Assembly: GCA_015069195.1 (NCBI GenBank)
Contig: SVJA01000004.1
Coordinates: 76,989 to 140,988 of the forward strand
DNA length: 64,000 nt
Reading direction: 5' to 3'
From: Oscillospiraceae bacterium
GTDB taxonomy: Bacteria; Bacillota; Clostridia; UBA1212
The notes under the pieces are model-generated. The model was given only the letters and a program-made list of their open reading frames with translations, was not told the origin of the DNA and ran no database searches. Shown one piece after another: positions 49,105-59,073 of this stretch. A program made the position numbers and the translations under genes. Numbering within the stretch: position 1 is the stretch's first letter; each line of letters begins with the position of its first letter.

Positions 49105-50511
49105 TTCATCGATTCTGATTAAATTCGCATTTCCCGACTGCCCCGTTGTAACACCGCCGGTAATAACAATTTTATCGCCTTTTTTCAGGTCAAACATACT
49201 CATTGCAATCTTCTGTGCACTGTAAAAAAGAACTTCACTTGAAGGATACTTTTCACACATCGCAGGTGTTACGCCCCAAGAAAGTGCCAGTTTGTGCCAA
49301 GTCTTTTCGTCAGTGGTAAGACCTATGATGTCAACAGGTGAACGGAATCTTGAAACCATTCTGGCAGTCATACCTGAAAGCGAGCAGGCCACGATAGCTT
49401 TTGCGTGGACATCGATAGAAATACCGCAAGTTGCGTGAGACAAAGCATCAACCGTATTATTTATTTCAAAGTCTGAACCGTAGAATATCTTTTTGTAGTC
49501 AATACTTTTTTCTGTGCTCTCTGCAATCTTTGCCATCGTATGAACCGTTTCGACAGGGTATTTACCTGCGGCAGTTTCGCCTGAAAGCATTATGGCACTT
49601 GTGCCGTCGTAAACGGCATTAGCTACATCGGAAATTTCTGCTCGTGTCGGTCTGGGATTCTGTATCATTGACTCAAGCATTTCCGTAGCTGTAATGACTC
49701 GTTTACCGAGCAAACGGCATTTTGTAATGAGTTGTTTCTGAACTGCCGGAAGTTTTTCAAAAGGAATTTCAACTCCCATATCACCACGACCGATCATAAT
49801 GCCTTGACATTCTTCACAGATTTCTTCAATATTGTCGATACCCGGCTGGTTTTCAATCTTTGCAATGAGGTCGGGCATATTATCCGTATGCTGTGACAGA
49901 AAGTTTTTCAAATCAATAAGGTCTTGTTTCTGAGAAACAAAAGAACATGCTATGTAGTCGACATCATTTTGTATACCGAATAGAAGATCTTTTTTGTCCT
50001 GCTCTGAAAGGTAGTCCTGATGAAGAACTTTGCCGGGGAAACTCATACTTTTTCTGTTTTTGAGTTCACCGCCTGATATAACAACAGTCTCAATATTTGC
50101 ACCTTCGATTTTTGTAATCTTAAATGAAAGTAATCCGTTATTGAGAAGAATAGTATCGCCGACTTCTAAATCTTCATTAAGTCTGGGATAACTTACGGAA
50201 ACTATTTTTTCGGTGCCGATAACATCGTCGGTTGTGAATGTGAAAGTGTCGCCGTCTTTCAATTCTATCTGTCCGTTTTCAAAAGTTTTTATTCTGTATT
50301 CCGGACCTTTTGTATCAAGCATAATGGCTATCGGCATATTAAGCTCCGAACGTACTTTTTTGATAAGATTTATCTTCTCCTGGTGTTCTTCGTGAGTTCC
50401 GTGAGAAAAGTTGAGTCTGGCAACGTTCATGCCCGCAAGACACATTTTTTTGAGTATTTCCTCGCTGTCACTTGCAGGGCCTATGGTGCAGACAATTTTT
50501 GTTTTACGCAT
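49099..50511 (-). CDS. pyk: pyruvate kinase
   Basis: KTKIVCTIGP, RLNFSHG, AKIEN, GRGDMG, MLSGETA. Confidence 0.97.
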   Translation of the reverse strand: MRKTKIVCTIGPASDSEEILKKMCLAGMNVARLNFSHGTHEEHQEKINLIKKVRSELNMPIAIMLDTKGPEYRIKTFENGQIELKDGDTFTFTTDDVIGTEKIVSVSYPRLNEDLEVGDTILLNNGLLSFKITKIEGANIETVVISGGELKNRKSMSFPGKVLHQDYLSEQDKKDLLFGIQNDVDYIACSFVSQKQDLIDLKNFLSQHTDNMPDLIAKIENQPGIDNIEEICEECQGIMIGRGDMGVEIPFEKLPAVQKQLITKCRLLGKRVITATEMLESMIQNPRPTRAEISDVANAVYDGTSAIMLSGETAAGKYPVETVHTMAKIAESTEKSIDYKKIFYGSDFEINNTVDALSHATCGISIDVHAKAIVACSLSGMTARMVSRFRSPVDIIGLTTDEKTWHKLALSWGVTPAMCEKYPSSEVLFYSAQKIAMSMFDLKKGDKIVITGGVTTGQSGNANLIRIDEI

Positions 50512-50592
50512 ATATATTACCTCCGAAATTAAAGGATTTATCCAAATCAACTAAGCTACAATAATAATAACATATTTATTTTTAAATTGGTA

Positions 50593-50904
50593 TCAAAAAG
50601 TTGTATTTCTGAATAAACTACAGTCAATAATTTCCGAAAGAAATTTATCTATATCGGCATTTCCGGATGCAAGCAATTCTTTTTGTTCTTTTCTCAAACG
50701 TTTTAATCTGTATTCGAGCTTTGAAGCATTTTGTCTGGTGTCGGTTTCCCAAATACGTTCAATTTTCAAAACTGAGTGGGTGTGTGTATATTTTGCACCT
50801 TTTACGGATTTTGTAGAATGTTCCTCAAAGCGCCGTTTTATATCTGTCGTAATACCTGTGTAAAGCGAATTGTCCTCGCAACGAAGCATGTAGATGTAGT
50901 ACAT
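50593..50904 (-). CDS. GIY-YIG nuclease family protein (YazA-like)
   Basis: YIYMLRC..LYTGIT..RR..EH..GAKYT. Confidence 0.9.
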   Translation of the reverse strand: MYYIYMLRCEDNSLYTGITTDIKRRFEEHSTKSVKGAKYTHTHSVLKIERIWETDTRQNASKLEYRLKRLRKEQKELLASGNADIDKFLSEIIDCSLFRNTTF

Positions 50905-50964
50905 AGGGTGTCCTTGTTCTTGAAAATACTTAGCTGACTAATTACATTTATAGTAATAATAAAA

Positions 50965-51429
50965 CTAACACTTTGAAAAATAATAAAGGATTTGCATATC
51001 TATGTCAAAGTAAAATAATTTATAAACATCAAATTCTTCATAGTTACTGTATTGATTAAAACGTTGCCCTGCTTTTGTGTAGAGATAAAAGAAATCGTCA
51101 GTTGAAACTATCGACTTATCAAAATCGTAATTTTCTTTCCAGTCAACAACTTCTACCCACATTTCAAAGTTTTCAATATGCGCCAGTATTCTTTCTGTGT
51201 CATCGGCTGTGATTTTTCTGAAATAGTCGGTTTCTAACAAATCTTTTTCAGAAACTGATTTGTATCTGTATCGTGCATAGTCGGTATAGTCTCTGAAGCT
51301 ATCTTGTTCGTAAAAAAGTTCGCGGCTTTCATAATCGGGCAATGAATTTATGACGCGTGATGTAGTATCACAACTGCATAAACTGAATAATAAAACAATG
51401 CAAATTAAAAATGCCGCAATTTTTTTCAT
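50965..51429 (-). CDS. putative lipoprotein
   Basis: MKK + hydrophobic stretch + LCSC lipobox. Confidence 0.7.
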   Translation of the reverse strand: MKKIAAFLICIVLLFSLCSCDTTSRVINSLPDYESRELFYEQDSFRDYTDYARYRYKSVSEKDLLETDYFRKITADDTERILAHIENFEMWVEVVDWKENYDFDKSIVSTDDFFYLYTKAGQRFNQYSNYEEFDVYKLFYFDIDMQILYYFSKC

Positions 51430-51733
51430 AGAGATGTCACCTCTGTTTGTTTTTGATTATTAATGTTGAATTAAAAAATAACACTGGGATTATTGTTTGT
51501 CAATAAAAAATTATCGAAAAACAATAATCTGAACGATTCAAATACTGAAATAACGATAAAATAAAGCCGCAAATGCCACACTGACAGGAGATGACGGAGT
51601 GTCAGCGCGGCTTTTGCGACTTTACAGAGGTTTTATTTCCGGCGCCGCATCTTCTCGAGGGATACGGAGAGATGATGCGGCGCTTTGAAATCATATTGTA
51701 AAGGTTGTATTGGTTGAATTTAATTAAAAGTTG

Positions 51734-52726
51734 TTAAATGTATGCCAATTTGTAGAATCTCGGATAGTCTGACAGAAACTGTGCGAGCGTAGTTCTTACG
51801 GCGGAGCCGGGGTCATTGATTGTAAAGTCATCTGCCGTGACAGAACCATTAGCCGTATAGCCTTTGACAAGAACCCAGTGCTGTGTGCCGTAGCTGTTGC
51901 GACTTCCTACGATAACCGCATTTCCGTTTCGAAGTTCCGAAAGGATCTTGCTGAGGTAGTCGCTTGAAGAGTAGAATTTGTACTCTGACGGCCAGTAGAG
52001 AGCACCGCCTGATGTGTAGGAACATTGAGCCTCCGTTTTGTCAGGATAAATCGTTGTACCGGAAATAAAAGACTTGTTCATCGCAACGCAAGTTGTGAGG
52101 CAACCGATTTTGTAGATTGTCTGACCGGAGTTACCGATTTCGTGATATCTCCAACGGCTGTCATACTGCTTGAAGCTCGGCACTGCAAGAGAAATAGTCT
52201 CTGCACTTGAAATACCGCTCGATGAATATTTCTTCACATAGTCCTTGTGAGCAAAACCCGTCTTTATTCCGTTAAAAAGAATTTTGTAAAAGTTGCCTGA
52301 CTCCGAAAGGATTACAACCGAAGTACCTTTGGCAAGTTGCGTGACTAAAGACGCCGAAGTTGATGCCGCACTCCTAATGTTGAGCTTGGTCGAAGCAGTA
52401 TTTACGAACGCTGCATAACTTGATATTTCTTTGATGTAGGCAGCAGAGCAGTAACCGTATGCGCTTGTGGTATACTGAACTTTCCACCAGTTTCCGCTTT
52501 TGGAAACAAGAGTTATGTACGAACCCTTAACAAGCGAAGTTTTAATCGCAGACGACGTTGAAGGGTTGCTTCTGACATTCAATCTGCCTGACGAAATTGC
52601 AACTGTTCCCGCCTTGTAGCTTTCACCGCTCGCTTTCGAGCGTATACTTCCGTTTGTTACAAAAAGTGATGTCAAAATCAAAACGGCAAGTATTAAACTC
52701 AAAGTTTTTTTGACAAATTTTTCCAT
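51734..52726 (-). CDS. secreted 2xSH3b + C39-like cysteine peptidase (putative peptidoglycan hydrolase)
   Basis: LNVRS/LNIRS SH3 repeats; FKQYDSRW, GCLTT, QHWVLV, INDPG. Confidence 0.8.
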   Translation of the reverse strand: MEKFVKKTLSLILAVLILTSLFVTNGSIRSKASGESYKAGTVAISSGRLNVRSNPSTSSAIKTSLVKGSYITLVSKSGNWWKVQYTTSAYGYCSAAYIKEISSYAAFVNTASTKLNIRSAASTSASLVTQLAKGTSVVILSESGNFYKILFNGIKTGFAHKDYVKKYSSSGISSAETISLAVPSFKQYDSRWRYHEIGNSGQTIYKIGCLTTCVAMNKSFISGTTIYPDKTEAQCSYTSGGALYWPSEYKFYSSSDYLSKILSELRNGNAVIVGSRNSYGTQHWVLVKGYTANGSVTADDFTINDPGSAVRTTLAQFLSDYPRFYKLAYI

Positions 52727-52822
52727 AAAATACCTCCGATATCTTTAATTGAATTTCCGCATCGCTTGATGCAACAAAAGGATAACATATGAAACTTCGC
52801 TAGTTAATGTCAATACTTGCCT

Positions 52823-52851
52823 GTATAAAAAAATGACGGATTCAAATACTA
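52823..52851 (+). promoter_or_regulatory. putative forespore (sigmaG/sigmaF) promoter
   Basis: GTATA-N17-AATACTA upstream of the DUF1540-like gene. Confidence 0.45.
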
Positions 52852-52928
52852 AAAACGATAAACCGCGAAGCATAAAAATGATTCAATGCTTCAAAATAAA
52901 ATTTTTGAATTTCAGGAGGAATTTAATT

Positions 52929-53111
52929 ATGAAAAACGGTGGTCAGACAATTAAATGTGACGTAACAACTTGTCAGTACAATGTATCAACTGATTGCAGA
53001 TGTTCTCTTTCCGGTGTGAAAATTTCACCGCGCAAAGGCTGTTCTTCTCACGATTGTGACGAAAGCCTTTGCTCCAGCTACAAATGCAAGGATAATTGTT
53101 GCTACAACTGA
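52929..53111 (+). CDS. small Cys-rich DUF1540-like protein
   Basis: IKCDVTTCQYN..C..I..CSSY; AGGAGG RBS. Confidence 0.75.
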   Translation: MKNGGQTIKCDVTTCQYNVSTDCRCSLSGVKISPRKGCSSHDCDESLCSSYKCKDNCCYN

Positions 53112-53179
53112 TTTACGCAATTTATATTGATTTAAAGAAGATGCGGCGCGCGCCATTGTGACAATACGGGCGCGCGAAA

Positions 53180-53220
53180 CAAAAAGCAGATTTCGGAATT
53201 TCTCCGAAACCTGCTTTTTT
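53180..53220. terminator. bidirectional terminator
   Basis: AAAAAGCAGATTTCGGA..TCCGAAACCTGCTTTTTT. Confidence 0.75.
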
Positions 53221-53261
53221 ATCACAAATTTGTTTTTATTTTATTTCAAGCAAAATTGTTA

Positions 53262-56066
53262 TCAGATTTTGTTAAGAATTGCCATAACTTCAAGGATGCT
53301 CAAAGCGCCGCTTGTTTTGTTATTAACTGCAAGAGCAGCTTTTGCATAAGCACCTGTTACTTTAGAAGCATCTTTGACACCTGCCATAGCAGCAGTAGCG
53401 TCTGCAATGTTTACAGAACCATCACCGTCAACGTCTCCTTCGATAACTATATCGTAGGTTTTGTTACCTGCTGTGACTACCATACCTGTTCCGAGCGTAG
53501 CTGTATTTGCAACTGTTTCTCCGTCTTTTGTGATAGTAGCAGAAGTGCCGAGCAATGTTGTGAGTTCTACGATAGCAGAAGATACTTTTTTACCGCTGAG
53601 TGCTTCAATATCGCTTGTGTTAACTTTTACGATAACCTCGCCGACAGAAGCTTCCTCAATTACGAAATCGTATGAAGCGCTGTCTGCATCAAACATAACG
53701 TTACCTAAGTTGTAAGTGCCTACACTGCCTTTGGCATCGTAAGCTATCCACAATGTGTAGTTACCTGCAGGAATTGTCTGTCCCTTCATTGTACCGCCTA
53801 CGGCAGAAGTTGTAATGTTTCCGCTACCGCTTTTAGCTGTAACAATTGTGTAGAGAAGTGAGCCTGTTGAACCGGGTTTCTGACCTTTTTCATAAAGTCC
53901 GACAAAGAACTCTGCGTTCTGTTTTGTACCCATATAGCTGTCAAGTCCTGAATAAGTGAACATAATGTCATCGCCCACTGCATATGCGGTAGCTCCGGGT
54001 TTAACTGTCGGAGATGTCGGTTTAGAAGAAGTAAATCTTATTGAACGGAGCCAGAGAACGCTGTTTGCGGCAGTTGTGCCGTCAAAGAAGTCGAATCTGA
54101 TCGAGTTAAGATTTCCTGTCCACTTTGAAAGACCTGAAAGGTCTATAACATAATCATGCCACAATCCATCATTATTCCACTGCCAGCCTTTTGCACAATC
54201 TTCGGTAGCACCTGTGATAGAGCCGGGGCAGAGATACATTTTAGCATTTGTGTTGGACGCAGATGTCATAGCAGTTACGATCATATATTTATTTGTAGTA
54301 GCACTCATTGTGCCGAGCAAGCTGTAATCCATAGTGATGCTCGGGTCATCAGATGCAGATGCTGTGATTTTGAGCGCTGTATCACCTTTTTCTGTTGTAG
54401 CCAATGTAATTGTAGCTGCATTTAAAGAACCATTACTTACCCACTGTCCTGCTGCATCGCAGTCAAATACGACATCTGCCGGATCAAGCGATGAAGCGAA
54501 GTCCTGCTCGAATGTTACGGAAACTGTTACATCGGCCGCTTCCATAGTAAATTGGTAAACACAATCTCCACCATTATTCTTTATAGTCTGTGATGTACCG
54601 TAAACAAGGATTTTTGTAGCCTTATAACCTGCAGCCGGTGTAACCTGATAGTTAACTGTTGTACCTGGATAAACATCTGCCGATGTAACATTATTTCCGA
54701 AGTGAACAGTTCCTTGTCCTGCTGCTACTTTCGCTGTCGCTTTGTAGGTAGTAGGTCCCGGCGGAACACTGCCTCTGCCGTATGTGATAGCGGCTGCATG
54801 TGCATCTGAACCGCTTACAGTAATAGTAGCATTACCGTAAACATTACCTGCAGTATCAAATGTTACTACTTTAAATGTACCGGTAGAGCCGTATGCACCA
54901 TAGTTTCCGCCAATCTTACCTGCTTGTAACTGTGTTGTGTAACCTTCTGCAGTAGCATTACCTATGTAATAGTATGCCGGAGCAGAGAAGTATGTAATAG
55001 CTGTAGATTTAGAGTAGCTTGTTGTAGAGTTTGCGAAAAGACCTACATATGAATTCGGTCGTGCACTGTCCGTACGGGCTACGATACCTGCCGGCAATGC
55101 GTATGATGCGGCAGAAGTATATGTCGCATTAGCGTGCCCTGCACCGCCTGTAGAGAAACCGACATTTATAGTACAATTTGCGGAAGGCATTGTGAATGCG
55201 TAAATAGAAGGATTACCGCCGTTCTGAACAGAAAGAGCAGTACCGTTTACAGTAACGGATGTTACTTTGTAGCCGCTTGCCGGAACAGGTCTGAAGAATA
55301 CTGTTGTACCTGCTGCGAATCTAGCAGAAGATACATCATCATAGAAAAATACCGATCCCTGACCACCTGCAACATTAGCTGTTGCTGTGTAGTTTGTGCA
55401 GGATGCTGTAGCTTTTGAAAGCAAGCACCACCAGTCTATTGTGAGATAGTGAGAGTTTATACCGCCGGTGAGCTCTGCCGCTGTCATCCAGTTACCGCCT
55501 GCTGATGAATGTCTTGTATCCCAGTTCGCAGCGGGATCGATAAGAAGATATCTGCCGGATGCAGAATCATAACCTGCGATACACATAAAGTGATTGTAAA
55601 CGTGAACGATGGCAGTACCGCCGTTTTTTAAGTGGTTGATAAATCTGGTGTCACTTACCGTACCGTAATCCATTGTACCTACGGTGAAACCATACTTAGC
55701 ACCAAAAGCTGCCTGAAGAGCGGGATAGATAGTATATCTTGTAGTACCGGATGTACCGTATCCGCCTGTGCTGTACGCCCAAGTAAAAAGATCCTTCAAC
55801 GAAATAATATTTCCGTTAAGGTGGTAAACGGCATTAACGATAGACATAATACCGCAACCGTTTTTCTGAATCGTACAACCTGCACCGCCTGACGGGTCAT
55901 AGTTACCATAGTTTTGGTCAGTCTGGCGGAATACCTGATAGTTTAATGCTGAGCCTGCTGTCGCAGCTTCTGCTGTAATCGCGGTGTCGGAAAGTGTAAC
56001 ACCTGCGAAAACAGAAGTGACAACGAGACAAAGTGCAAGTAAAAAGCTTGTAATTCTCTTACTCAT
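53262..56066 (-). CDS. secreted modular protein A: C39-like peptidase, InlB-B-like repeats, CBM-like domain, dockerin-like C-terminus
   Basis: MSKRI signal peptide; RQTD..GCGIMS..HFM..DPA; DGLWHDYVIDLS; GDVDGDGSVNIAD; start uncertain (track 56108). Confidence 0.8.
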   Translation of the reverse strand: MSKRITSFLLALCLVVTSVFAGVTLSDTAITAEAATAGSALNYQVFRQTDQNYGNYDPSGGAGCTIQKNGCGIMSIVNAVYHLNGNIISLKDLFTWAYSTGGYGTSGTTRYTIYPALQAAFGAKYGFTVGTMDYGTVSDTRFINHLKNGGTAIVHVYNHFMCIAGYDSASGRYLLIDPAANWDTRHSSAGGNWMTAAELTGGINSHYLTIDWWCLLSKATASCTNYTATANVAGGQGSVFFYDDVSSARFAAGTTVFFRPVPASGYKVTSVTVNGTALSVQNGGNPSIYAFTMPSANCTINVGFSTGGAGHANATYTSAASYALPAGIVARTDSARPNSYVGLFANSTTSYSKSTAITYFSAPAYYYIGNATAEGYTTQLQAGKIGGNYGAYGSTGTFKVVTFDTAGNVYGNATITVSGSDAHAAAITYGRGSVPPGPTTYKATAKVAAGQGTVHFGNNVTSADVYPGTTVNYQVTPAAGYKATKILVYGTSQTIKNNGGDCVYQFTMEAADVTVSVTFEQDFASSLDPADVVFDCDAAGQWVSNGSLNAATITLATTEKGDTALKITASASDDPSITMDYSLLGTMSATTNKYMIVTAMTSASNTNAKMYLCPGSITGATEDCAKGWQWNNDGLWHDYVIDLSGLSKWTGNLNSIRFDFFDGTTAANSVLWLRSIRFTSSKPTSPTVKPGATAYAVGDDIMFTYSGLDSYMGTKQNAEFFVGLYEKGQKPGSTGSLLYTIVTAKSGSGNITTSAVGGTMKGQTIPAGNYTLWIAYDAKGSVGTYNLGNVMFDADSASYDFVIEEASVGEVIVKVNTSDIEALSGKKVSSAIVELTTLLGTSATITKDGETVANTATLGTGMVVTAGNKTYDIVIEGDVDGDGSVNIADATAAMAGVKDASKVTGAYAKAALAVNNKTSGALSILEVMAILNKI

Positions 56067-56183
56067 AATGTAGTTTGTCACGCAAAAACGAGCGTAACAA
56101 AAAGTCACATCCTTTCTTTTTTATCAAATAAAAACAATAAACGAGCATGGCTAAAAAGCCATTTTTACCTATTCTATTGAAAA

Positions 56184-56213
56184 TATTTTACTATAATAAT
56201 GGTTGTGTTGTCA
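56184..56213 (-). promoter_or_regulatory. sigmaA-like promoter of gene A
   Basis: TTGACA-N18-TAAAAT. Confidence 0.55.
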
Positions 56214-56215
56214 AC

Positions 56216-56253
56216 AAAAAGGGCTTAGAGGATACATTCCTCTAAGCCCTTTT
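56216..56253 (-). terminator. terminator after gene B
   Basis: AAAAGGGCTTAGAGGA..TCCTCTAAGCCCTTTT. Confidence 0.85.
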
Positions 56254-56279
56254 ATGAAAAGTTAATATGTTGTTTATGA

Positions 56280-58847
56280 TTAAATCTTATTGAGAATTGC
56301 CATTACTTCAAGGATGCTCAAAATGCCTTTTGTCTTGTTATTGCAAGCCAAAGCGGCTTTGGCATATGCACCTGTAATCTTTGTTGCATCTTTGACTCCT
56401 ATCATAGTTGCAACAGCATCTGCTATATTTACAAGTCCGTCTCCGTCAACATCACCTTCGATTATTATGTCATAAGACTTGCCGTTTGAGGTAGCAACCA
56501 TACCTGTTCCGAGAGTAGCAGTGTTTGAAACTGATTCACCGTTTTTTGTAATGGTAGTTGTTGCCCCAAACAATGAGTTAAGTTCTGTAATTGCCGAAGC
56601 TACTGTTTTTCCGCTGGCTGCCTCAATATCGCTTGTGCCTACTTTCACAATAACATCTTCTGTAGTATCTTCTTCTGTTCCGTCTTGGGTACCGTCTTCT
56701 GTGATAACAAAGTCATAAGAAGCACTGCTTGTTGCAAACATAACGTTATTCAAGTTTGTGCTATCCGTAGAGCCTGTTCCGTCATATGCAAGCCACAAAG
56801 TGTAGTTTCCTGCAGGAATTGAAGATCCGAATAATGTTCCTCCTACTGCTGTCTTGGTAAGGTTTATGGTGCCGCTTGTAGCAGTAACGAATGTGTAAAG
56901 GCTGGAACCGATTGCTCCCGGCATTTCACCTTTTTTGTAAAGACCAACAAAGAACAGTGCACCTTGCTCTGTTTCTTTATAACTTTCAAGTCCTGAGTAA
57001 GTGAATGTAATGTCCTGACCTGCTGTGATGCTCGGTGAACCGGCTGTTACGGTCGGTGTACTCGGTTTTGATGTAAGGAATCTTATGGATCTGAGCCAAA
57101 GCTCACTGCCTGTTGCAGTTGTTCCGTCAAAATAGTCAAAACGTATGGAATTGAGATTTCCGGTGAATGTGGAAATACCTGAAAGGTCAATTATATAATC
57201 GTGCCACAAACCGTCATTATTCCACTGCCAGCTCTTTGCACAATCCTCTGTCGCACCTGTGATAGAACCGGGGCAGAAATACATTTTGGCATTCTTATTG
57301 GAGGCGGATGTCATAGCGGTAACTATCATATATTTGTAGTTATCTGTATTAAGCTCCGGAAGCAACGAGTAGTTAAGTGTAAGACCGGGATCATCCGATG
57401 CCGCTGAAATAAGGCTGAGCGCAGTATCATTTTTGGGAGTTACCGAAAGACTAACCGTAGTAGCATTTGCATAGCCGACGCTCGCCCAGTATTTTGATGT
57501 GGAATTATCAAAAACTATATCAGCAGGATCTATAGTGGAATAGTCAATCGTTTCGGGAATATATGTAATGGTCGCAGCGTGTGCGTCCGTTCCGGAAACA
57601 GTAATAGTTACAATATTTGTAACAACGCTTCCGGATGCCGTAAATACCAATACTTTATAAGTACCTGCGACACCGTGTTCACGGAATTTTCCTCCTCTGA
57701 AACCTGTCTGCATATTCAAAGTAGTACCAATAGCTTCCGCATTCTTGTCATAGTATTGTGACGGTGCAGAGTAATAGAAAATGGAGTTTTCTATGGAATA
57801 GTTTGTTTCTGTAGACTTGAAAAGTCCTACAAAAGAATCCGGAGTAGCACTATCTGTACGGACAACGATGCCTTCGGGGTGTGTGAATGTCGCTGAAGAA
57901 GTAAGCATCGAATTCGGCAAAGTCGCTCCTCCTGTTGTAAAGTTAACCGTAACGGTAGCATTAGCTGAAGGCATCACGAATGAATACATATCGGGGTTGC
58001 CGTTGTTTGTCACAGGAATAGAAGTGCCGTTTAAATTGATCGATGATACTTTGTAACCGCTTGCAGGAACAGGTCTGAAAAATACTGTACCGCCTGCTGC
58101 AAATTTTGATGTCGATACATCATTGTAGAAGAATACAGAACCTGAGCCTGAACCTACAGTCGCTGTCGCTGTATAGTTTTTACAAGTAGAGGATGCCTTG
58201 GACAAAAGACACCACCAGTCGATTACAAATCGTTCTGATTCTATACCGCCTTCAAGTTCGTCTGCTGTCATCCAGTTACCTGATATAGAAGACTCTCTTG
58301 CCCAGTTCGGTGCAGAGTCTATAAGAAGAAATCTTCCCGATGCCGGGTCGTAGCCTGCAATACACATAAAGTGACGGTAAACGTGAACGATAGCGACACC
58401 TCCGTTTTGGATATGTGATATAAATGCCGGATCAGTGACTTTTGCATATTTTCTGGTACCGACGGTGAAACCGTACTGAGAACCGAATGCTGCCTGAAGA
58501 TTAGGATAAATAATATCTCTATATGTACCGCTGGAACCGAAACCTCCTGTGCTGTAAGCCCAGTCAAAAAGTTCCTTTAAAGGAATAATATTTCCATTCA
58601 AATAATAAACTGCATTAACGATAGACATAATACCGCAGCCTTTTTCTCTGATAGTAGAGGTTGTACCGCCTGACGGGTCATAGTTTCCGTAAACAGGTTC
58701 TGTCTGACGGAAAACCTGATAGTTTACCGCTGATGTAGCCGCCTCGGAGGTCATGCTGACTTCTTTGCCTGAAAGCTCTGCCACACCTGCAACCGATGTA
58801 ATCACAAGGCAAAATGCAAGTAAAAAGCTTAAAATTCTTTTGGTCAT
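56280..58847 (-). CDS. secreted modular protein B (paralog of A)
   Basis: MTKRI signal peptide, same C39-like/CBM-like/dockerin-like layout; alternative ATGs at 58853 and 58862. Confidence 0.8.
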   Translation of the reverse strand: MTKRILSFLLAFCLVITSVAGVAELSGKEVSMTSEAATSAVNYQVFRQTEPVYGNYDPSGGTTSTIREKGCGIMSIVNAVYYLNGNIIPLKELFDWAYSTGGFGSSGTYRDIIYPNLQAAFGSQYGFTVGTRKYAKVTDPAFISHIQNGGVAIVHVYRHFMCIAGYDPASGRFLLIDSAPNWARESSISGNWMTADELEGGIESERFVIDWWCLLSKASSTCKNYTATATVGSGSGSVFFYNDVSTSKFAAGGTVFFRPVPASGYKVSSINLNGTSIPVTNNGNPDMYSFVMPSANATVTVNFTTGGATLPNSMLTSSATFTHPEGIVVRTDSATPDSFVGLFKSTETNYSIENSIFYYSAPSQYYDKNAEAIGTTLNMQTGFRGGKFREHGVAGTYKVLVFTASGSVVTNIVTITVSGTDAHAATITYIPETIDYSTIDPADIVFDNSTSKYWASVGYANATTVSLSVTPKNDTALSLISAASDDPGLTLNYSLLPELNTDNYKYMIVTAMTSASNKNAKMYFCPGSITGATEDCAKSWQWNNDGLWHDYIIDLSGISTFTGNLNSIRFDYFDGTTATGSELWLRSIRFLTSKPSTPTVTAGSPSITAGQDITFTYSGLESYKETEQGALFFVGLYKKGEMPGAIGSSLYTFVTATSGTINLTKTAVGGTLFGSSIPAGNYTLWLAYDGTGSTDSTNLNNVMFATSSASYDFVITEDGTQDGTEEDTTEDVIVKVGTSDIEAASGKTVASAITELNSLFGATTTITKNGESVSNTATLGTGMVATSNGKSYDIIIEGDVDGDGLVNIADAVATMIGVKDATKITGAYAKAALACNNKTKGILSILEVMAILNKI

Positions 58848-58962
58848 CCCCATATTTGTCATACAACAAGTTGTATGACAAAATTCACCTACTTTCTGTC
58901 AATTTTATTAAACAATAATATGAATCAATGCGGTACAAGCCCGCCGCTTGAAAACTAAATTG

Positions 58963-58992
58963 ATTGTACTTTAAAGGCGGCGGGCTTGTCAA
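58963..58992 (-). promoter_or_regulatory. sigmaA-like promoter of gene B, overlapped by an inverted repeat
   Basis: TTGACA-N18-TACAAT. Confidence 0.55.
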
Positions 58993-59000
58993 TATAAAGA

Positions 59001-59036
59001 GCGGAGCGTGAAGCCCACGAGGGCTTCACGCTCCGC
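59001..59036 (-). terminator. terminator after gene C
   Basis: GCGGAGCGTGAAGCCC-ACGA-GGGCTTCACGCTCCGC. Confidence 0.85.
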
Positions 59037-59073
59037 AACCTAAATTCTACGGATTTTGAAAAAATCTTTTTAA

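Noticed and set aside
50593-50904. Homing endonuclease or mobile intron
   Set aside because: Stand-alone ~100-aa YazA-like GIY-YIG protein that does not interrupt a gene
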